NCBI GenBank assembly: GCA_001782035.1
Contig: MFNL01000002.1
Span: 188,865-252,864, forward strand
DNA: 64,000 nucleotides
Source: Candidatus Levybacteria bacterium RIFCSPHIGHO2_01_FULL_37_17
Lineage (GTDB): Bacteria > Patescibacteriota > Microgenomatia > Levybacterales > UBA12049
Direction: 5' to 3'
The notes under the pieces were generated by a model. That model did no database searches, was not told where the DNA came from, and saw only the letters and a program-made list of their open reading frames with translations. Of this stretch, positions 1 through 9,958 are shown piece by piece. Each line of letters opens with the position of its first letter. Within the stretch, counting starts at the first letter, position 1. Made by a program: the position numbers and the translations under genes.

Positions 1-809
1 AAGTCCCTTAAAGATTTAACTCTTGCAGAAATTTGTAGGCTCTCGGAAGAATTTGCCAATGCAAGACCTGCTAAAAATCCACCTATTTCAATCGAAAATC
101 CAATAGGGGGCGAACTGACTAAATATGATGCGCCGAATGCCCAAGCTACGCTAAAAAGGAAAAGGGTTTCGGGCGAATGCGGGATTTTCTCCATAATTTT
201 TGGCAAAATACTTCTACTTAAATAAATAACTCCGCCGAAAATCACGACTGCCTTTAAAAGAAGGAAAATGAAACTAGTCAAATCAATTGATACTGCGTTA
301 CTTGAAAAGCCAGATAGAAAAATAAGAGCGATTACTGCAACAAAATCCTGCACGAGAAGAAAACCGACGGATATTTTTCCATATAAGCTCCTTAAATCTT
401 TTTTGTCAGACAGAAGCTTTACGATAATTATCGTACTTGAAAAGGTTAGTGCAAGAGCGATATATAAAGAGGCAATTGTTGAAAACCCTAGTAATATTGC
501 TATTATAAAACCTACTGCCGAAGTAAAAACAATCTGACCTAAGCCCGTAATTAAAGAAATTTTTCCTACTGATTTTAAATCGGAAAATTTCAATTCGAGC
601 CCAACCATAAATAAAAGTAGTGTTATACCAATTTCTGAAAGTGATCTTATAAATTCCGGGTTTTCTATTTTGCCAAAAACCAAAGGCCCAAGAAGTACTC
701 CCGTTAAAATGTATGCAAGAATCTCCGGCTGCTTAAGTATTCGAAAAATTATTGAAAGAATTGAAGCTAACCCTATTATTAAAGTTATTTCAAGGAAAAA
801 ATTGCCCAT
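1..809 (-). CDS. Cation:proton antiporter (CPA2/KefB-like), partial; C-terminus runs off the window start
   Basis: Minus-strand translation from the ATG at 809 gives MGNFFLEITLIIGLASILSIIFRILKQPEILAYILTGVLLGP... It is multi-TM with typical Na+/H+-exchanger N-terminal motifs. The + ORF 268..537 is its antisense. Confidence 0.6.
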   Translation of the reverse strand, partial: MGNFFLEITLIIGLASILSIIFRILKQPEILAYILTGVLLGPLVFGKIENPEFIRSLSEIGITLLLFMVGLELKFSDLKSVGKISLITGLGQIVFTSAVGFIIAILLGFSTIASLYIALALTFSSTIIIVKLLSDKKDLRSLYGKISVGFLLVQDFVAVIALIFLSGFSSNAVSIDLTSFIFLLLKAVVIFGGVIYLSRSILPKIMEKIPHSPETLFLFSVAWAFGASYLVSSPPIGFSIEIGGFLAGLALANSSESLQISARVKSLRD

Positions 810-917
810 TAATCATTTATAACAAGCTTTTATAAATGCGTCAATTCACCCTGTTAAATAACTCGCTTAGCGAATTGACCTCTGGCCATTTAACAGGATG
901 AATGCTATATTTGGGTA

Positions 918-1595
918 ATGATTCTAAAGCTTATTGATAAAAGAAAAGAACTAAAAGGGATTACAACTTTTATTTTTAAACCCGATAAGAAAATTAAATG
1001 GATTGCGGGTCAGTACTTGATATATTCCCTTCCACATGAAAACAGCGATTTAAGGGGAAAGCAACGATTCTTTACAATTTCATCTGCCCCACATCAAAAT
1101 TTTCCTTCAATAACTACAAGAATTGAAAAGGGGGCAAGCTCATTTAAAAATACACTCGATAAATTAAAAATTGGTGGTGTGATTTATGCAAAAGGCCCAG
1201 ATGGTGACTTTGTTCTTGAAAAAAACTCGGAGCAAAATATTTTTATTGCGGGTGGAATTGGAATCACGCCATTTATAGCAATTTTAAGAGATTTAAGTTT
1301 TAAAAAAAATCCGTACAAAATTAAATTACTATATGCAAACAAAAATAGCAGTATTTTGTTTAAGAAAGAACTTGATCAGTTATCTTTTCAAAATAAAAAT
1401 TTTGAAGTTGAATATTTTATTGGCAGAAGAAAATTAAAAAAAGAAACGGTAAGGCAATTTATTTCAAAAAAAGCAACATTTTTTGTATCTGGTCCAGACC
1501 CAATGGTTGCGGATTTTGAATATTACTTAAGAAAAAATGGAGTAGTAGATAACAGATTAAAGCTTGATTATTTTTCCGGGTATAAAAAGATTTAA
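918..1595 (+). CDS. FAD/NAD(P)-binding oxidoreductase of the ferredoxin-NADP reductase family
   Basis: An RFFTISS-type FAD-binding motif and a GGIGITPF NAD-binding glycine motif are present, with domain order typical of FNR-like reductases. Confidence 0.5.
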   Translation: MILKLIDKRKELKGITTFIFKPDKKIKWIAGQYLIYSLPHENSDLRGKQRFFTISSAPHQNFPSITTRIEKGASSFKNTLDKLKIGGVIYAKGPDGDFVLEKNSEQNIFIAGGIGITPFIAILRDLSFKKNPYKIKLLYANKNSSILFKKELDQLSFQNKNFEVEYFIGRRKLKKETVRQFISKKATFFVSGPDPMVADFEYYLRKNGVVDNRLKLDYFSGYKKI

Positions 1596-2527
1596 TTGAG
1601 GTAGCTTATTTCTTCTTTAAGCTCTACTTCATAAACCTCTTTTATTTTAGATTTAATTATTAAAATAAGTTGTTTAACTTCTTCTGCTTTTGCATTGCCT
1701 AAATTAATAATAAAGTTTGTATGTTTTTCTGAAAGCTGTGCATCCCCTACTCTTTTACCGCTTAATCCTGCTAAAAAATTTATCTTGGCAGTTGGAATCA
1801 CAGGAAAAGGATCGTTTTTAATATATTGTGCTAGTTCATTCATTTTAGATTTAGGGAAATTTTCAATAGGGGTATTTTGAAATATACTGCCTAAATTCGG
1901 ATAATCAAGTGGGTGTCTTAATTTCCTTTTGCTTATCTTATCTTCAATTGCCTCTATAATTTGATCTTTGTCTCCTCTATTTAGCTTGAAGGTGACTTGC
2001 GCAATAGCTTCTTTTCTCTCCAGCTTTTGTTTAAAGATGCTATTTCTATATCCGAATTTACATTCCGCATTACTTCTTTTCCTTACTTGGTAAGTCGCCA
2101 TATCTATGCTTTCAACCTCAAATATACTGTCTTTCATTTCTCCTGTGTATGCGCCTGCATTGCCGCGCACAGCGCCTCCTACGCCCCCCGGTAGGCCGCC
2201 TGCCCATTCAAGTCCGGATAGTCCGTTAGCCACACAAAACTCAAGAAGCTTTAACATTTCAACACCTGCGCCAACTTTAACAAAATTTCCCCTTTTCTCG
2301 ATACCCTGTATATCTACTTTAATTACTAAGCCGTTAAAACCAATGTCAGGAAAAAGAATATTTGTACCACCACCTATTACAAAAACATTAGGGGTTAACC
2401 CCTTTGACTCAATTAAAACATCTGTAAGTTCTTTGATCGTTTTTACCAAAACAAAGAATTTAGCAGGACCTCCGATTTTAAGGTTGCTATAAAGTTTAAG
2501 TGGAATATCTTTTTGTATTTTAGACAT
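1592..2527 (-). CDS. murB: UDP-N-acetylenolpyruvoylglucosamine reductase
   Basis: FAD-binding PCMH N-terminus (GGPAKFFV...VIGGGTNILF) followed by a MurB C-terminal domain. Confidence 0.8.
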   Translation of the reverse strand: MSKIQKDIPLKLYSNLKIGGPAKFFVLVKTIKELTDVLIESKGLTPNVFVIGGGTNILFPDIGFNGLVIKVDIQGIEKRGNFVKVGAGVEMLKLLEFCVANGLSGLEWAGGLPGGVGGAVRGNAGAYTGEMKDSIFEVESIDMATYQVRKRSNAECKFGYRNSIFKQKLERKEAIAQVTFKLNRGDKDQIIEAIEDKISKRKLRHPLDYPNLGSIFQNTPIENFPKSKMNELAQYIKNDPFPVIPTAKINFLAGLSGKRVGDAQLSEKHTNFIINLGNAKAEEVKQLILIIKSKIKEVYEVELKEEISYLN

Positions 2528-2528
2528 A

Positions 2529-3668
2529 TTACTCTACTGGAGCGCTCCCAAGCGTTGCTGAAATACTAATTGTTTGTCCGCTTCTTAAAACAGTGAGATT
2601 AACGTTATCGCCAACCTTTTTTAATGCAATTAACGCTGCGAGCTCATTTACTCCTACTTTTACATCTTTACCGTCAAATTTTGTAATAACATCTCCAGCT
2701 TTAATTCCAGCCTTCTCTGCAGGGCTTTTCGATATAACATTTTGAATATAAGCCCCTTGCGCAAGTTTATTTAGCTTTGCTTCCTCGCTGTTTAACATTG
2801 TATAGGATATTCCAAGATATGGTCTGTTAAATTGTCCGAACTGATTAAAATTTTTTAACGCATCTTTTAAGACATTAATGGGCAGTGCAAAACCGATATT
2901 CTGTGCACTTTGAGAAACCGCAGTATTTATTCCTACAACTTGGCCGTTGCTTGCCACCAATGGACCACCTGAGTTCCCGGGATTTATTGCAGCATCTGTC
3001 TGGATTACATTATCGAGTTTCTCTACAAAACCCTGAAAGTCACTTCCCGCGATAATTCCTCTTCCAAGTCCGGATATAACTCCTGTTGTAACAGTATTTT
3101 TAAACTCACCCAAAGCGGTTCCGATTGCTATAACAAATTGTCCAACCTGCAGAGTTGACGAATCACCTACGATAACCGGCGTTAATTTATTTTCAGGATT
3201 GTCTGCTAGATTTACTTTAAGAAGTGCAATATCGTTTAAGGGGTCTCTGGAAATTTTGTCCACATTGTAGGTTTTATTATTACTGGTTACTATTTGGTAT
3301 TTTGAATTTGTATCCGAAACAACGTGTTTATTGGTAACAATAAGACCCAAGCTATCAACTACAAAGCCAGAACCGATATTTCGAGGCTGTGGCTGTTGTT
3401 GTTGCGGCTCTATATTAAAACCGAAAGGACCGAAATTTATCGTATTTCGACTTGATAAAGAAGCAATTTCAACAACTGTTACAACAGATGGTCCCACATT
3501 TTTAACTACATCTACAACAACCGATTCCTCTTTCACAATTTTTACGGTTTCAGTTGACGCCTTGGGCGCGCTTTGATCTCCTAAAAGTCCCTGTGTGAAA
3601 GTTGACAGCACAAACCATGTAGCAAGTAGAACAATAAGCGCTACTAACAAAACCAGAAGTTTTTTCAT
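2529..3668 (-). CDS. htrA: HtrA/DegP-family serine protease with PDZ domain
   Basis: Trypsin-like catalytic motifs (TNKHVV...GNSGGPL), a C-terminal PDZ domain and an N-terminal TM anchor. Confidence 0.85.
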   Translation of the reverse strand: MKKLLVLLVALIVLLATWFVLSTFTQGLLGDQSAPKASTETVKIVKEESVVVDVVKNVGPSVVTVVEIASLSSRNTINFGPFGFNIEPQQQQPQPRNIGSGFVVDSLGLIVTNKHVVSDTNSKYQIVTSNNKTYNVDKISRDPLNDIALLKVNLADNPENKLTPVIVGDSSTLQVGQFVIAIGTALGEFKNTVTTGVISGLGRGIIAGSDFQGFVEKLDNVIQTDAAINPGNSGGPLVASNGQVVGINTAVSQSAQNIGFALPINVLKDALKNFNQFGQFNRPYLGISYTMLNSEEAKLNKLAQGAYIQNVISKSPAEKAGIKAGDVITKFDGKDVKVGVNELAALIALKKVGDNVNLTVLRSGQTISISATLGSAPVE

Positions 3669-3676
3669 TGCCTTGC

Positions 3677-4957
3677 CTATTTTATCAACTCGAATATTGC
3701 CTTTTCAAGCTGGTTATCAATATCGGGATTTTTTTCATCCAAGGCAGCTACAACATCGGGAGACAGTCCTTTCTCATTAACCCATGTTCCATCTGGAGTT
3801 AACCATTTGGCAATGGTTATATGGAGCCCCGCGCCGCTTCCCAAATCCTCTGCTGTCTGAATCGTCCCTTTTCCAAAAGTAGTTTCCCCAACAAGAACTG
3901 CTCTGCCATTATCCCTTAAGGCACCCGCAACAATTTCGCTGGCGGAGGCGCTGCCTTTATTTATTAAAACAATAATTTCAGTATTAGTAAGTTTGCCATC
4001 TCTTTCAACGTACATTGCTTTTCTATCAAGATTTGCCTGTTCCTCCCACACTACAATTTTCCCCTTATCTAAAAATTCCGAGGAAATAAATGCTGCATCT
4101 GAAAGATATCCCCCCGGGTTGTTCCTTAAATCAAGGACTATTCCTTTTATTTTATCGTCGGATTTAATTTTGTTTGAAAAATCTGAAATCAAATTAGTCC
4201 ACTCTTGATTTGTATTGTCTCCAAATTGAGATAGCCTAATATATGCATAGTCGATACAGTTAGAAGAGCATGTTTTCCCTTCTGTCACTTCTTTACATTC
4301 TTTATCATTGCACTGCGCTTTTTGTATTTTCATCTCAACACTTTTAACAGTAATAATGTCTCTTGTAATTTTTATATCATCTTTTTTCGTAGAGTCTTTG
4401 TGGAAAATTGAAAGAGTAACTATACTTCCCTTTGGCCCTCTTATCTTCTCAACCGCTTGCCCTATGCTCCATCCGGCTGTTGAGACTCCATCTACTGCTG
4501 CAATTATATCTCCTGCTTTAATACCAACCTTTTTAGCAGGGCTTCCGTCCAAGGGAGAAATTACAATGATATTTTTATCTTTAACTCCAAGCTCCGCACC
4601 AATTCCTGAAAATTGCCCTGCTAGTCCCTGTTTAAAGTCAGAATTGTTTGCAGGAGGAAGATAAACAGTAAATGGGTCGCCAAGGCTCTGTACCATGCCC
4701 GCAATTGCCCCGTTCAGCATTTTTTGCGGGTCCAGTTTTGTTTTATCGTAATAAGAAGCATAAAGCTTCTGCCAAACGCTCCAAAAAGGAGTAAAGTTTA
4801 CATCGGTTAAGCCAGCAGGAGGTTCTTTACTTACAACGGAAAGAAGAGGCTGGTAATTTTTCCACCCTAAATTTACTTTGTTAACTCCAAAATAATAACC
4901 TGCCAAAAAAGTGATACCGATAAGAAGAATTATTTGAAGTAATTTTACCCTAGTCAT
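3677..4957 (-). CDS. ctpA: C-terminal processing (tail-specific) peptidase, S41 family
   Basis: PDZ domain followed by an S41 core (VLDLRNNPGGYL...GSASASE) and an N-terminal TM helix. It also carries a Cys-rich insert. Confidence 0.85.
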   Translation of the reverse strand: MTRVKLLQIILLIGITFLAGYYFGVNKVNLGWKNYQPLLSVVSKEPPAGLTDVNFTPFWSVWQKLYASYYDKTKLDPQKMLNGAIAGMVQSLGDPFTVYLPPANNSDFKQGLAGQFSGIGAELGVKDKNIIVISPLDGSPAKKVGIKAGDIIAAVDGVSTAGWSIGQAVEKIRGPKGSIVTLSIFHKDSTKKDDIKITRDIITVKSVEMKIQKAQCNDKECKEVTEGKTCSSNCIDYAYIRLSQFGDNTNQEWTNLISDFSNKIKSDDKIKGIVLDLRNNPGGYLSDAAFISSEFLDKGKIVVWEEQANLDRKAMYVERDGKLTNTEIIVLINKGSASASEIVAGALRDNGRAVLVGETTFGKGTIQTAEDLGSGAGLHITIAKWLTPDGTWVNEKGLSPDVVAALDEKNPDIDNQLEKAIFELIK

Positions 4958-5670
4958 ATTAAAATAAATTTGCTATTGCTGTCTATATATGCATTTTTCC
5001 CGCTCATTTTATTTAAATTTTTATAATCCTGGTCTGAAACAATTGCAATGGTCTTCTCAAAATTTTTATCTATATCCAAAAAATCAAAATCTTCTAACTT
5101 TTTGGTCATTAGGGCAATAGCTCCCAACCCAAACGACTTAAAGACAGAAAGCCTGTCGAATGTTTCTCTAATAACTATTTTGCCTTCGACCTTTTTATCT
5201 ATAGCATCCACTTTTAAAAGCTCTCCTTCAATACTTGACCCTAAAACATCCAATAAAGGAATCGCCTCATGCGTCGTTTTTATTAATATTTTGGTATTAT
5301 CGCAGAATTCAATTACTCCATCAACCGGTGAAAGGATATCTGTTGTTTCTTTAAAATCTTTTGGTTTTAAATATAAATCCTGATTTTGTTCATCTATTTT
5401 AACCAAGGTGCCTGAAATTGGACTGTAAACTTTAACCCTCCCTATTAGCTTTCTCTTTATAGCAACAACCTCGCCCGAGGAAATTGCGTCTCCCAAGTGT
5501 TTTTTTAGGGATGAGGAAAACTTATCCGGCGCAATTTCGTAAGGAGACAGGTGTATTGCTTCGTTATCGGAAACAACAACTTGGGCCAAAATTTGTCCTT
5601 TTTTTATCTTTTCACCTACCTTAACTTTGGGGGTACTTTGCGCTAGAAGTTGTATAGGCAGAACATTCAT
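4954..5670 (-). CDS. Hypothetical protein with a lipoyl/hybrid-barrel-like motif
   Basis: Stop and start codons overlap with ctp. A VKVGEKIKKGQILAQV barrel-sandwich-like motif is present. No confident family assignment. Confidence 0.3.
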   Translation of the reverse strand: MNVLPIQLLAQSTPKVKVGEKIKKGQILAQVVVSDNEAIHLSPYEIAPDKFSSSLKKHLGDAISSGEVVAIKRKLIGRVKVYSPISGTLVKIDEQNQDLYLKPKDFKETTDILSPVDGVIEFCDNTKILIKTTHEAIPLLDVLGSSIEGELLKVDAIDKKVEGKIVIRETFDRLSVFKSFGLGAIALMTKKLEDFDFLDIDKNFEKTIAIVSDQDYKNLNKMSGKNAYIDSNSKFILI

Positions 5671-5918
5671 TATTTAACATTGACTGCAAATGGTATTAAA
5701 GCCAAATACCTTGCCCTTTTTATTTCTTCTGTTAATTTTTTCTGATGTTTTCCGCAAAGACCGGATCTTGATCTTGGAATTATTTTCGACCTTTCTGTTA
5801 AAAATCGATTTAGGGTTGAAACATCTAAAAAGTTAGGCTCTTTTTTTTCAACATGGAAAAAACACTCTTTTGGAGCATTACTTTTCTGTATTCGTCTGAT
5901 TTTTCGTTTTTTTGCCAT
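5670..5918 (-). CDS. rpsR: 30S ribosomal protein S18
   Basis: Conserved S18 core (RFLTERSKIIPRSRSGLCGKHQKKLTEEIKRARYLALIPF). Confidence 0.9.
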   Translation of the reverse strand: MAKKRKIRRIQKSNAPKECFFHVEKKEPNFLDVSTLNRFLTERSKIIPRSRSGLCGKHQKKLTEEIKRARYLALIPFAVNVK

Positions 5919-5925
5919 CGCTTTG

Positions 5926-6414
5926 TTAGAAAGGGATATCGTCAGCAGCTATATCCTCTATTGGAGGCGAATCTTGCGGCTGTTCTTCTTCCTTGCCCTT
6001 TGAAGCTTTAGCCAAAGAAGGTTTTTCCTCTTTTTCTTCCGGTGCAGGCTCGGCGGCAGGGGTCTGTTCACCTTCGGCTCTTCTATTGTCAAGAAGGATC
6101 ATGTCAGAAATAACAATTTCCGTGACGTTTTTCTGAGTTCCGTCTTGACCCGTCCAGCTTCTGTTTGTAAGTCTTCCTTCTACAAAAACTTTTCTTCCCT
6201 TTGTTAAGAATTGACTGCAAATTTCTGCCAACTTATTCCATGCGACGATTCGATGAAACTCTGTTTCGTCTTTTTTCTCTCCACTATCAAGCGTCCAGCT
6301 TCTGTTTGTCGCAATACTAAACGAGCATACTGCAGTGCCGGATGGTGTGTATCTAAGTTCCGGATCTCTAGTTAAATTTCCAATTAGTTGAGCTCTGTTT
6401 AGGCTTTTTGGCAT
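5926..6414 (-). CDS. ssb: Single-stranded DNA-binding protein
   Basis: OB-fold N-terminus, an acidic tail ending DDIPF, and the canonical rpsF-ssb-rpsR gene order. Confidence 0.9.
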   Translation of the reverse strand: MPKSLNRAQLIGNLTRDPELRYTPSGTAVCSFSIATNRSWTLDSGEKKDETEFHRIVAWNKLAEICSQFLTKGRKVFVEGRLTNRSWTGQDGTQKNVTEIVISDMILLDNRRAEGEQTPAAEPAPEEKEEKPSLAKASKGKEEEQPQDSPPIEDIAADDIPF

Positions 6415-6417
6415 ATC

Positions 6418-6681
6418 TTAAAGTTTTATTATTAAATATCTTAAAATATTATCGTCTGCATTAAGCTTTTTTTCAAATCCTGTGGGAAGCGCTTCGGTAT
6501 CAAGTAAAAAGCTTGTATAAAATCCTTTATTCTCTCTTTTTATTGGGTATGCCAGTTCTTTTTCTCCAATTTCCTCTTCTTGCAATTTTGAGCCTTTAAG
6601 CATTTCCTTTACTGAGTCTATTGCTTTTTTTCTGACTGGATCCGTTGATTTAGTAACAAGAGTCAGTTGATATTTTCTCAT
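6418..6681 (-). CDS. rpsF: 30S ribosomal protein S6
   Basis: An MRKYQLTLV-type S6 N-terminus; the start is taken at the internal Met rather than the ORF-track start. It sits in a conserved operon. Confidence 0.8.
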   Translation of the reverse strand: MRKYQLTLVTKSTDPVRKKAIDSVKEMLKGSKLQEEEIGEKELAYPIKRENKGFYTSFLLDTEALPTGFEKKLNADDNILRYLIIKL

Positions 6682-6726
6682 GGAGCTAATTTTACTATAC
6701 ACTATCCTTTTAAGCAAGATAGAAAG

Positions 6727-7674
6727 TCAGGCAGATTTAGGCTTGAGTTGGACTGCAACCAAATTCCCACCAAGATGAGCATCGTTATGTTCTCCCGAAT
6801 ATCTCCTTGAATATGCGATTCCATTTGCCGCATCTTCATAGGTATCTCGTCTATAAGCCTGTATGTTCTCTGGCTTCATACCTGCTTGAACCGCCTGCAT
6901 TTCGAACGCGCTTAAAATATCGACATACCTCTTTTCAGAGTCATCGCTTGTTTGTTTAGAGGTTATAAATGGTCCCCAATTCCGTTCAACTATTCCATTT
7001 CCTCTTCTTTCCGGTTCATTAGTTATATAAAAATTTTCCTGAGAGACGCCTGGGAAAACAGCTGCAACTGCAGTAGATAAATCTACACCTAATGTATCTT
7101 GTAGGTACCACAGGCCCTGCCTTGTTATACCCGCATTTTCGGCATCAGCTCCGCAATGGTCAATTGCAACCAAATCGTGACCATCCTTATCCTTGGCGTA
7201 AATAACAACGGTTGGACAATCGGCCGGTAAAATATACATTGCAATTCTTGGGTCTCTTGTAAAAATTAAATTACCAATCACGAATTCTTTATCTTGCAAT
7301 GTTTCAAGACTAACTTCTTCAATTTGCACTTCAGTACCTTGAAAAAAACCTTTTATCCAAACTTTGTTTTCAGAAAATCCTTGTTCATTAAAAAAATTTA
7401 ATCTATTTCTAGAATTTACTGCTTCACTTTCCCCTAAGTCAAAAAACTTTGCTGACATATTTCCAGCGTTTTTACCATATGAAAATCTTGCTAAAACTGG
7501 TTTGGCGGGAAGTGCTTCCAAGGATGGGAAAAAACCCACCCTGTCTTCAAATCCTGGTACATACTGAATTTCAGAAAGTTCTTCTACTCTTTGTATTTCT
7601 CTTAAGACTTCTTGTTCTTTTACTACAATTTTTGCTTCAATGGGGTCTTGATTTGCTTCTACTGCTTCTGCCAT
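6727..7674 (-). CDS. YfiH/PgeF-like (Cu-oxidase_4/DUF152) protein with a long N-terminal extension
   Basis: ADCP...DHCGADAENAG and a C-terminal YSRRYSGE...LGGNLVAV segment resemble the YfiH family core. The N-terminal ~130 aa are unassigned. Confidence 0.45.
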   Translation of the reverse strand: MAEAVEANQDPIEAKIVVKEQEVLREIQRVEELSEIQYVPGFEDRVGFFPSLEALPAKPVLARFSYGKNAGNMSAKFFDLGESEAVNSRNRLNFFNEQGFSENKVWIKGFFQGTEVQIEEVSLETLQDKEFVIGNLIFTRDPRIAMYILPADCPTVVIYAKDKDGHDLVAIDHCGADAENAGITRQGLWYLQDTLGVDLSTAVAAVFPGVSQENFYITNEPERRGNGIVERNWGPFITSKQTSDDSEKRYVDILSAFEMQAVQAGMKPENIQAYRRDTYEDAANGIAYSRRYSGEHNDAHLGGNLVAVQLKPKSA

Positions 7675-7686
7675 TTTACGAGTATA

Positions 7687-8649
7687 TCAACTTCCGATTT
7701 TAAACTCAATTATATCTCCATCTTTTACAATATAATCTCTTCCTTCAAGTCTTGTTTTCCCATGTTCCCTACTTCCCTTCCATCCATTAAGCTCTATGAA
7801 GTCCTCGTATGTCACAACTTCTGCTTTTATAAATTTTTTCATAAAATCTGTGTGAATTTCTCCTGCTGCCTCAAGCGCCGTTGAACTTTTTTTAATGGTC
7901 CATGCTCTAACTTCTTTAACCCCTGCTGTAAGAAATGAGATTAACCCAAGTTCTTCATATGCTTTTTGAATAAGTCTCTCTAAGCCCGATTTTTCCAATC
8001 CTAAACCCTTGAGATATTCTTTTTGCTCGTCTTCGCTAAGTCCTGCGAGCTCTGCTTCAATTTGTGCAGAAATAACTATAATTTTGTCTTTAGATACTTC
8101 CAGAGTTTTTGAATATTCACCAAGAATTTTGTCAATAGAATCGGTGTTGTATTGGCTTTCCGAAATATTCAAAACTACAAGCTCCGGCTTTTGGGCTAGT
8201 GGCTCTCCTCCTTTTTCCAAATCTGCAAGTTCTAGCTCTGTTCTAACAACTTTATAATCATTTAACGCGTCCACACTTCCCTCTTTAATTACGTTTGGGT
8301 CCTCAAATACTCTGACAACATGGGCAATTACAGAAACCTCTCGGATGTGGGATAAAAATTTATTCCCTAAACCCGCTCCTTCATTTGCTCCCTTAACTAA
8401 GCCTGCAATATCTACAAATTTAACAGTGGCGTAAATTATTGGAGGTATTTCAGACATTTTATGTTCAATTTGAACAATTTGGGCTAACTTCTCAAGCCTC
8501 TCATCATGCACAGGAACTACTCCTATATTTGGCTCAATCGTCGCAAAAGGGTAATTTGCAACAAGAGCCTGCTGTTTTTTAAGAAGCGCATTAAACAATG
8601 TACTTTTACCAACGTTTGGTAAACCGACTATCCCAATCGAAAGATTCAT
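7687..8649 (-). CDS. ychF: Ribosome-binding ATPase YchF (Obg family)
   Basis: GIVGLPNVGKSTLFNAL G1 motif followed by a C-terminal TGS-like domain. Confidence 0.9.
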   Translation of the reverse strand: MNLSIGIVGLPNVGKSTLFNALLKKQQALVANYPFATIEPNIGVVPVHDERLEKLAQIVQIEHKMSEIPPIIYATVKFVDIAGLVKGANEGAGLGNKFLSHIREVSVIAHVVRVFEDPNVIKEGSVDALNDYKVVRTELELADLEKGGEPLAQKPELVVLNISESQYNTDSIDKILGEYSKTLEVSKDKIIVISAQIEAELAGLSEDEQKEYLKGLGLEKSGLERLIQKAYEELGLISFLTAGVKEVRAWTIKKSSTALEAAGEIHTDFMKKFIKAEVVTYEDFIELNGWKGSREHGKTRLEGRDYIVKDGDIIEFKIGS

Positions 8650-9224
8650 AATTTTGTTTTCAAGTTTTCTATATCTTGTTCATGTTCGATTCTTTTCGGA
8701 TCTCCACGCTCTTCTCGTTTGTAAATTTTATCTTTTAACTCTACTTCAGGATGTTGAATCTCAAACGTAATTCCTTCGATATACCCGTAGATAGGCTCGG
8801 CAAATTCTTGCTCATCAACCATTCCATCGCTCTTGACGATGTGTTTCTCGCTTTTTAACGGGCTGGTTATTGTTTGAATATAATAAATATCAAGAACAGA
8901 CTCACCAAAACGATATAAGAAATTATGGTAATAATCCTTTCTTCCCCTATCCTCCGTCGTGTATTCAAACTCATTAGGCGCGATTGAATCGAGAAGTCGC
9001 TCGATTGCTTCTTCAGGATTATCATTTGTTCCGTAGATTTGTATATCAACATCATTGTGAGGTCTGGTAATTTCTCCTAAAAACCCATCAACAGCATAGC
9101 CACCAGAAATGATTACTCTCATACCAATATTTGGAGCAATTTTTGTAAGTTTATCAATTATTTGAAGGTCTGAACGAGTTCTTCTTTCCTGCTCTGGAGA
9201 TAATTTTTCTTTCAAGATGATCAC
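8646..9224 (-). CDS. Minimal pol-beta-fold nucleotidyltransferase, ANT(2'')/pfam10706-like
   Basis: ISGGYAVDGFLGEITRPHNDVDIQIY matches the GGWAIDARLGRVTRKHDDIDL core of aminoglycoside 2''-adenylyltransferase. Length 192 aa. Confidence 0.5.
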   Translation of the reverse strand: MIILKEKLSPEQERRTRSDLQIIDKLTKIAPNIGMRVIISGGYAVDGFLGEITRPHNDVDIQIYGTNDNPEEAIERLLDSIAPNEFEYTTEDRGRKDYYHNFLYRFGESVLDIYYIQTITSPLKSEKHIVKSDGMVDEQEFAEPIYGYIEGITFEIQHPEVELKDKIYKREERGDPKRIEHEQDIENLKTKL

Positions 9225-9247
9225 GAGGCTAATTATAGCAGAAGATG

Positions 9248-9862
9248 TTAAGATAAATTTTGTTCTGTATTTAATAATTCGTTTGCACGGATTGCTCTTA
9301 AAATTTTAAGTTGTGTCACCACCTGATCCCCTCTTTCTTCTGGTGTACCACTGACCAGCAATAATTTTTCGGGAAAATATAATTCAATAAAATTTCTCAT
9401 CATCCCATGCAGTTTTGTTGATGTTTCTTCTTCACTACTTCGAGAATTATCGGTTTTATACGGAAACTCTCTCGGATCTTGTGCAATTGCAATAATCTCA
9501 TATCTTTCTGTGGCTGATATGGATTGTCTTTGCAATTCTCTAACCACCATTAGATCTTTGCGTGTCGCTTGGTATAGCCTTGCACCGATAAATAAGTGAA
9601 ACAACGGCGTGTCGGTAATAAATCCATCTTGGGCATTAGAACGACGCTCTTCCCTATCTTGTTGCATCCACATATAGCATCTTTCTACTGGACTTTCAAA
9701 TTGTCCAAATTCTGTTTTAAGTCTCCTTGACTCCTCTCCAATGGAATCATAATCAAAACCCTCCATTTTAAGTCTGTATGTAAGGTATGCGGCAAGGGTA
9801 GACTTTCCTGTACAGGGGCCACCCGATAAAGCTATATTAATTCTTTGTTCTTTTTCTACCAT
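9248..9862 (-). CDS. P-loop NTPase/kinase-like protein of the AAA_28 type
   Basis: IALSGGPCTGKSTL Walker A at the N-terminus and a downstream D-T-P segment. The substrate is unknown. Confidence 0.45.
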   Translation of the reverse strand: MVEKEQRINIALSGGPCTGKSTLAAYLTYRLKMEGFDYDSIGEESRRLKTEFGQFESPVERCYMWMQQDREERRSNAQDGFITDTPLFHLFIGARLYQATRKDLMVVRELQRQSISATERYEIIAIAQDPREFPYKTDNSRSSEEETSTKLHGMMRNFIELYFPEKLLLVSGTPEERGDQVVTQLKILRAIRANELLNTEQNLS

Positions 9863-9958
9863 TTAATCCGAGGCAGCAGTTGTAAATTTACTCCCCTTTT
9901 CCTGCGGTGTCAACTATTTTCCTTGACTTGGCTGGTAATAATTGTTATAAGCTCCATC

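Noticed and set aside
268-537. 89-aa + strand ORF
   Set aside because: It lies entirely antisense to the well-supported antiporter CDS (1..809, minus strand). No independent signal supports it.
1695-4664. Multiple 60-130 aa ORFs on the opposite strand of murB, htrA and ctp (for example 2106..2492 and 4308..4664)
   Set aside because: They overlap strongly supported genes and have low-complexity composition typical of antisense frames.
8646-9224. Considered a CBASS-type cGAS/DncV-like nucleotidyltransferase
   Set aside because: It is only 192 aa and the motif matches the ANT(2'') GGWAID...RKHDDIDL core. It lacks the long CD-NTase helical C-terminal domain, and no effector or ubiquitin-like partner genes are adjacent.
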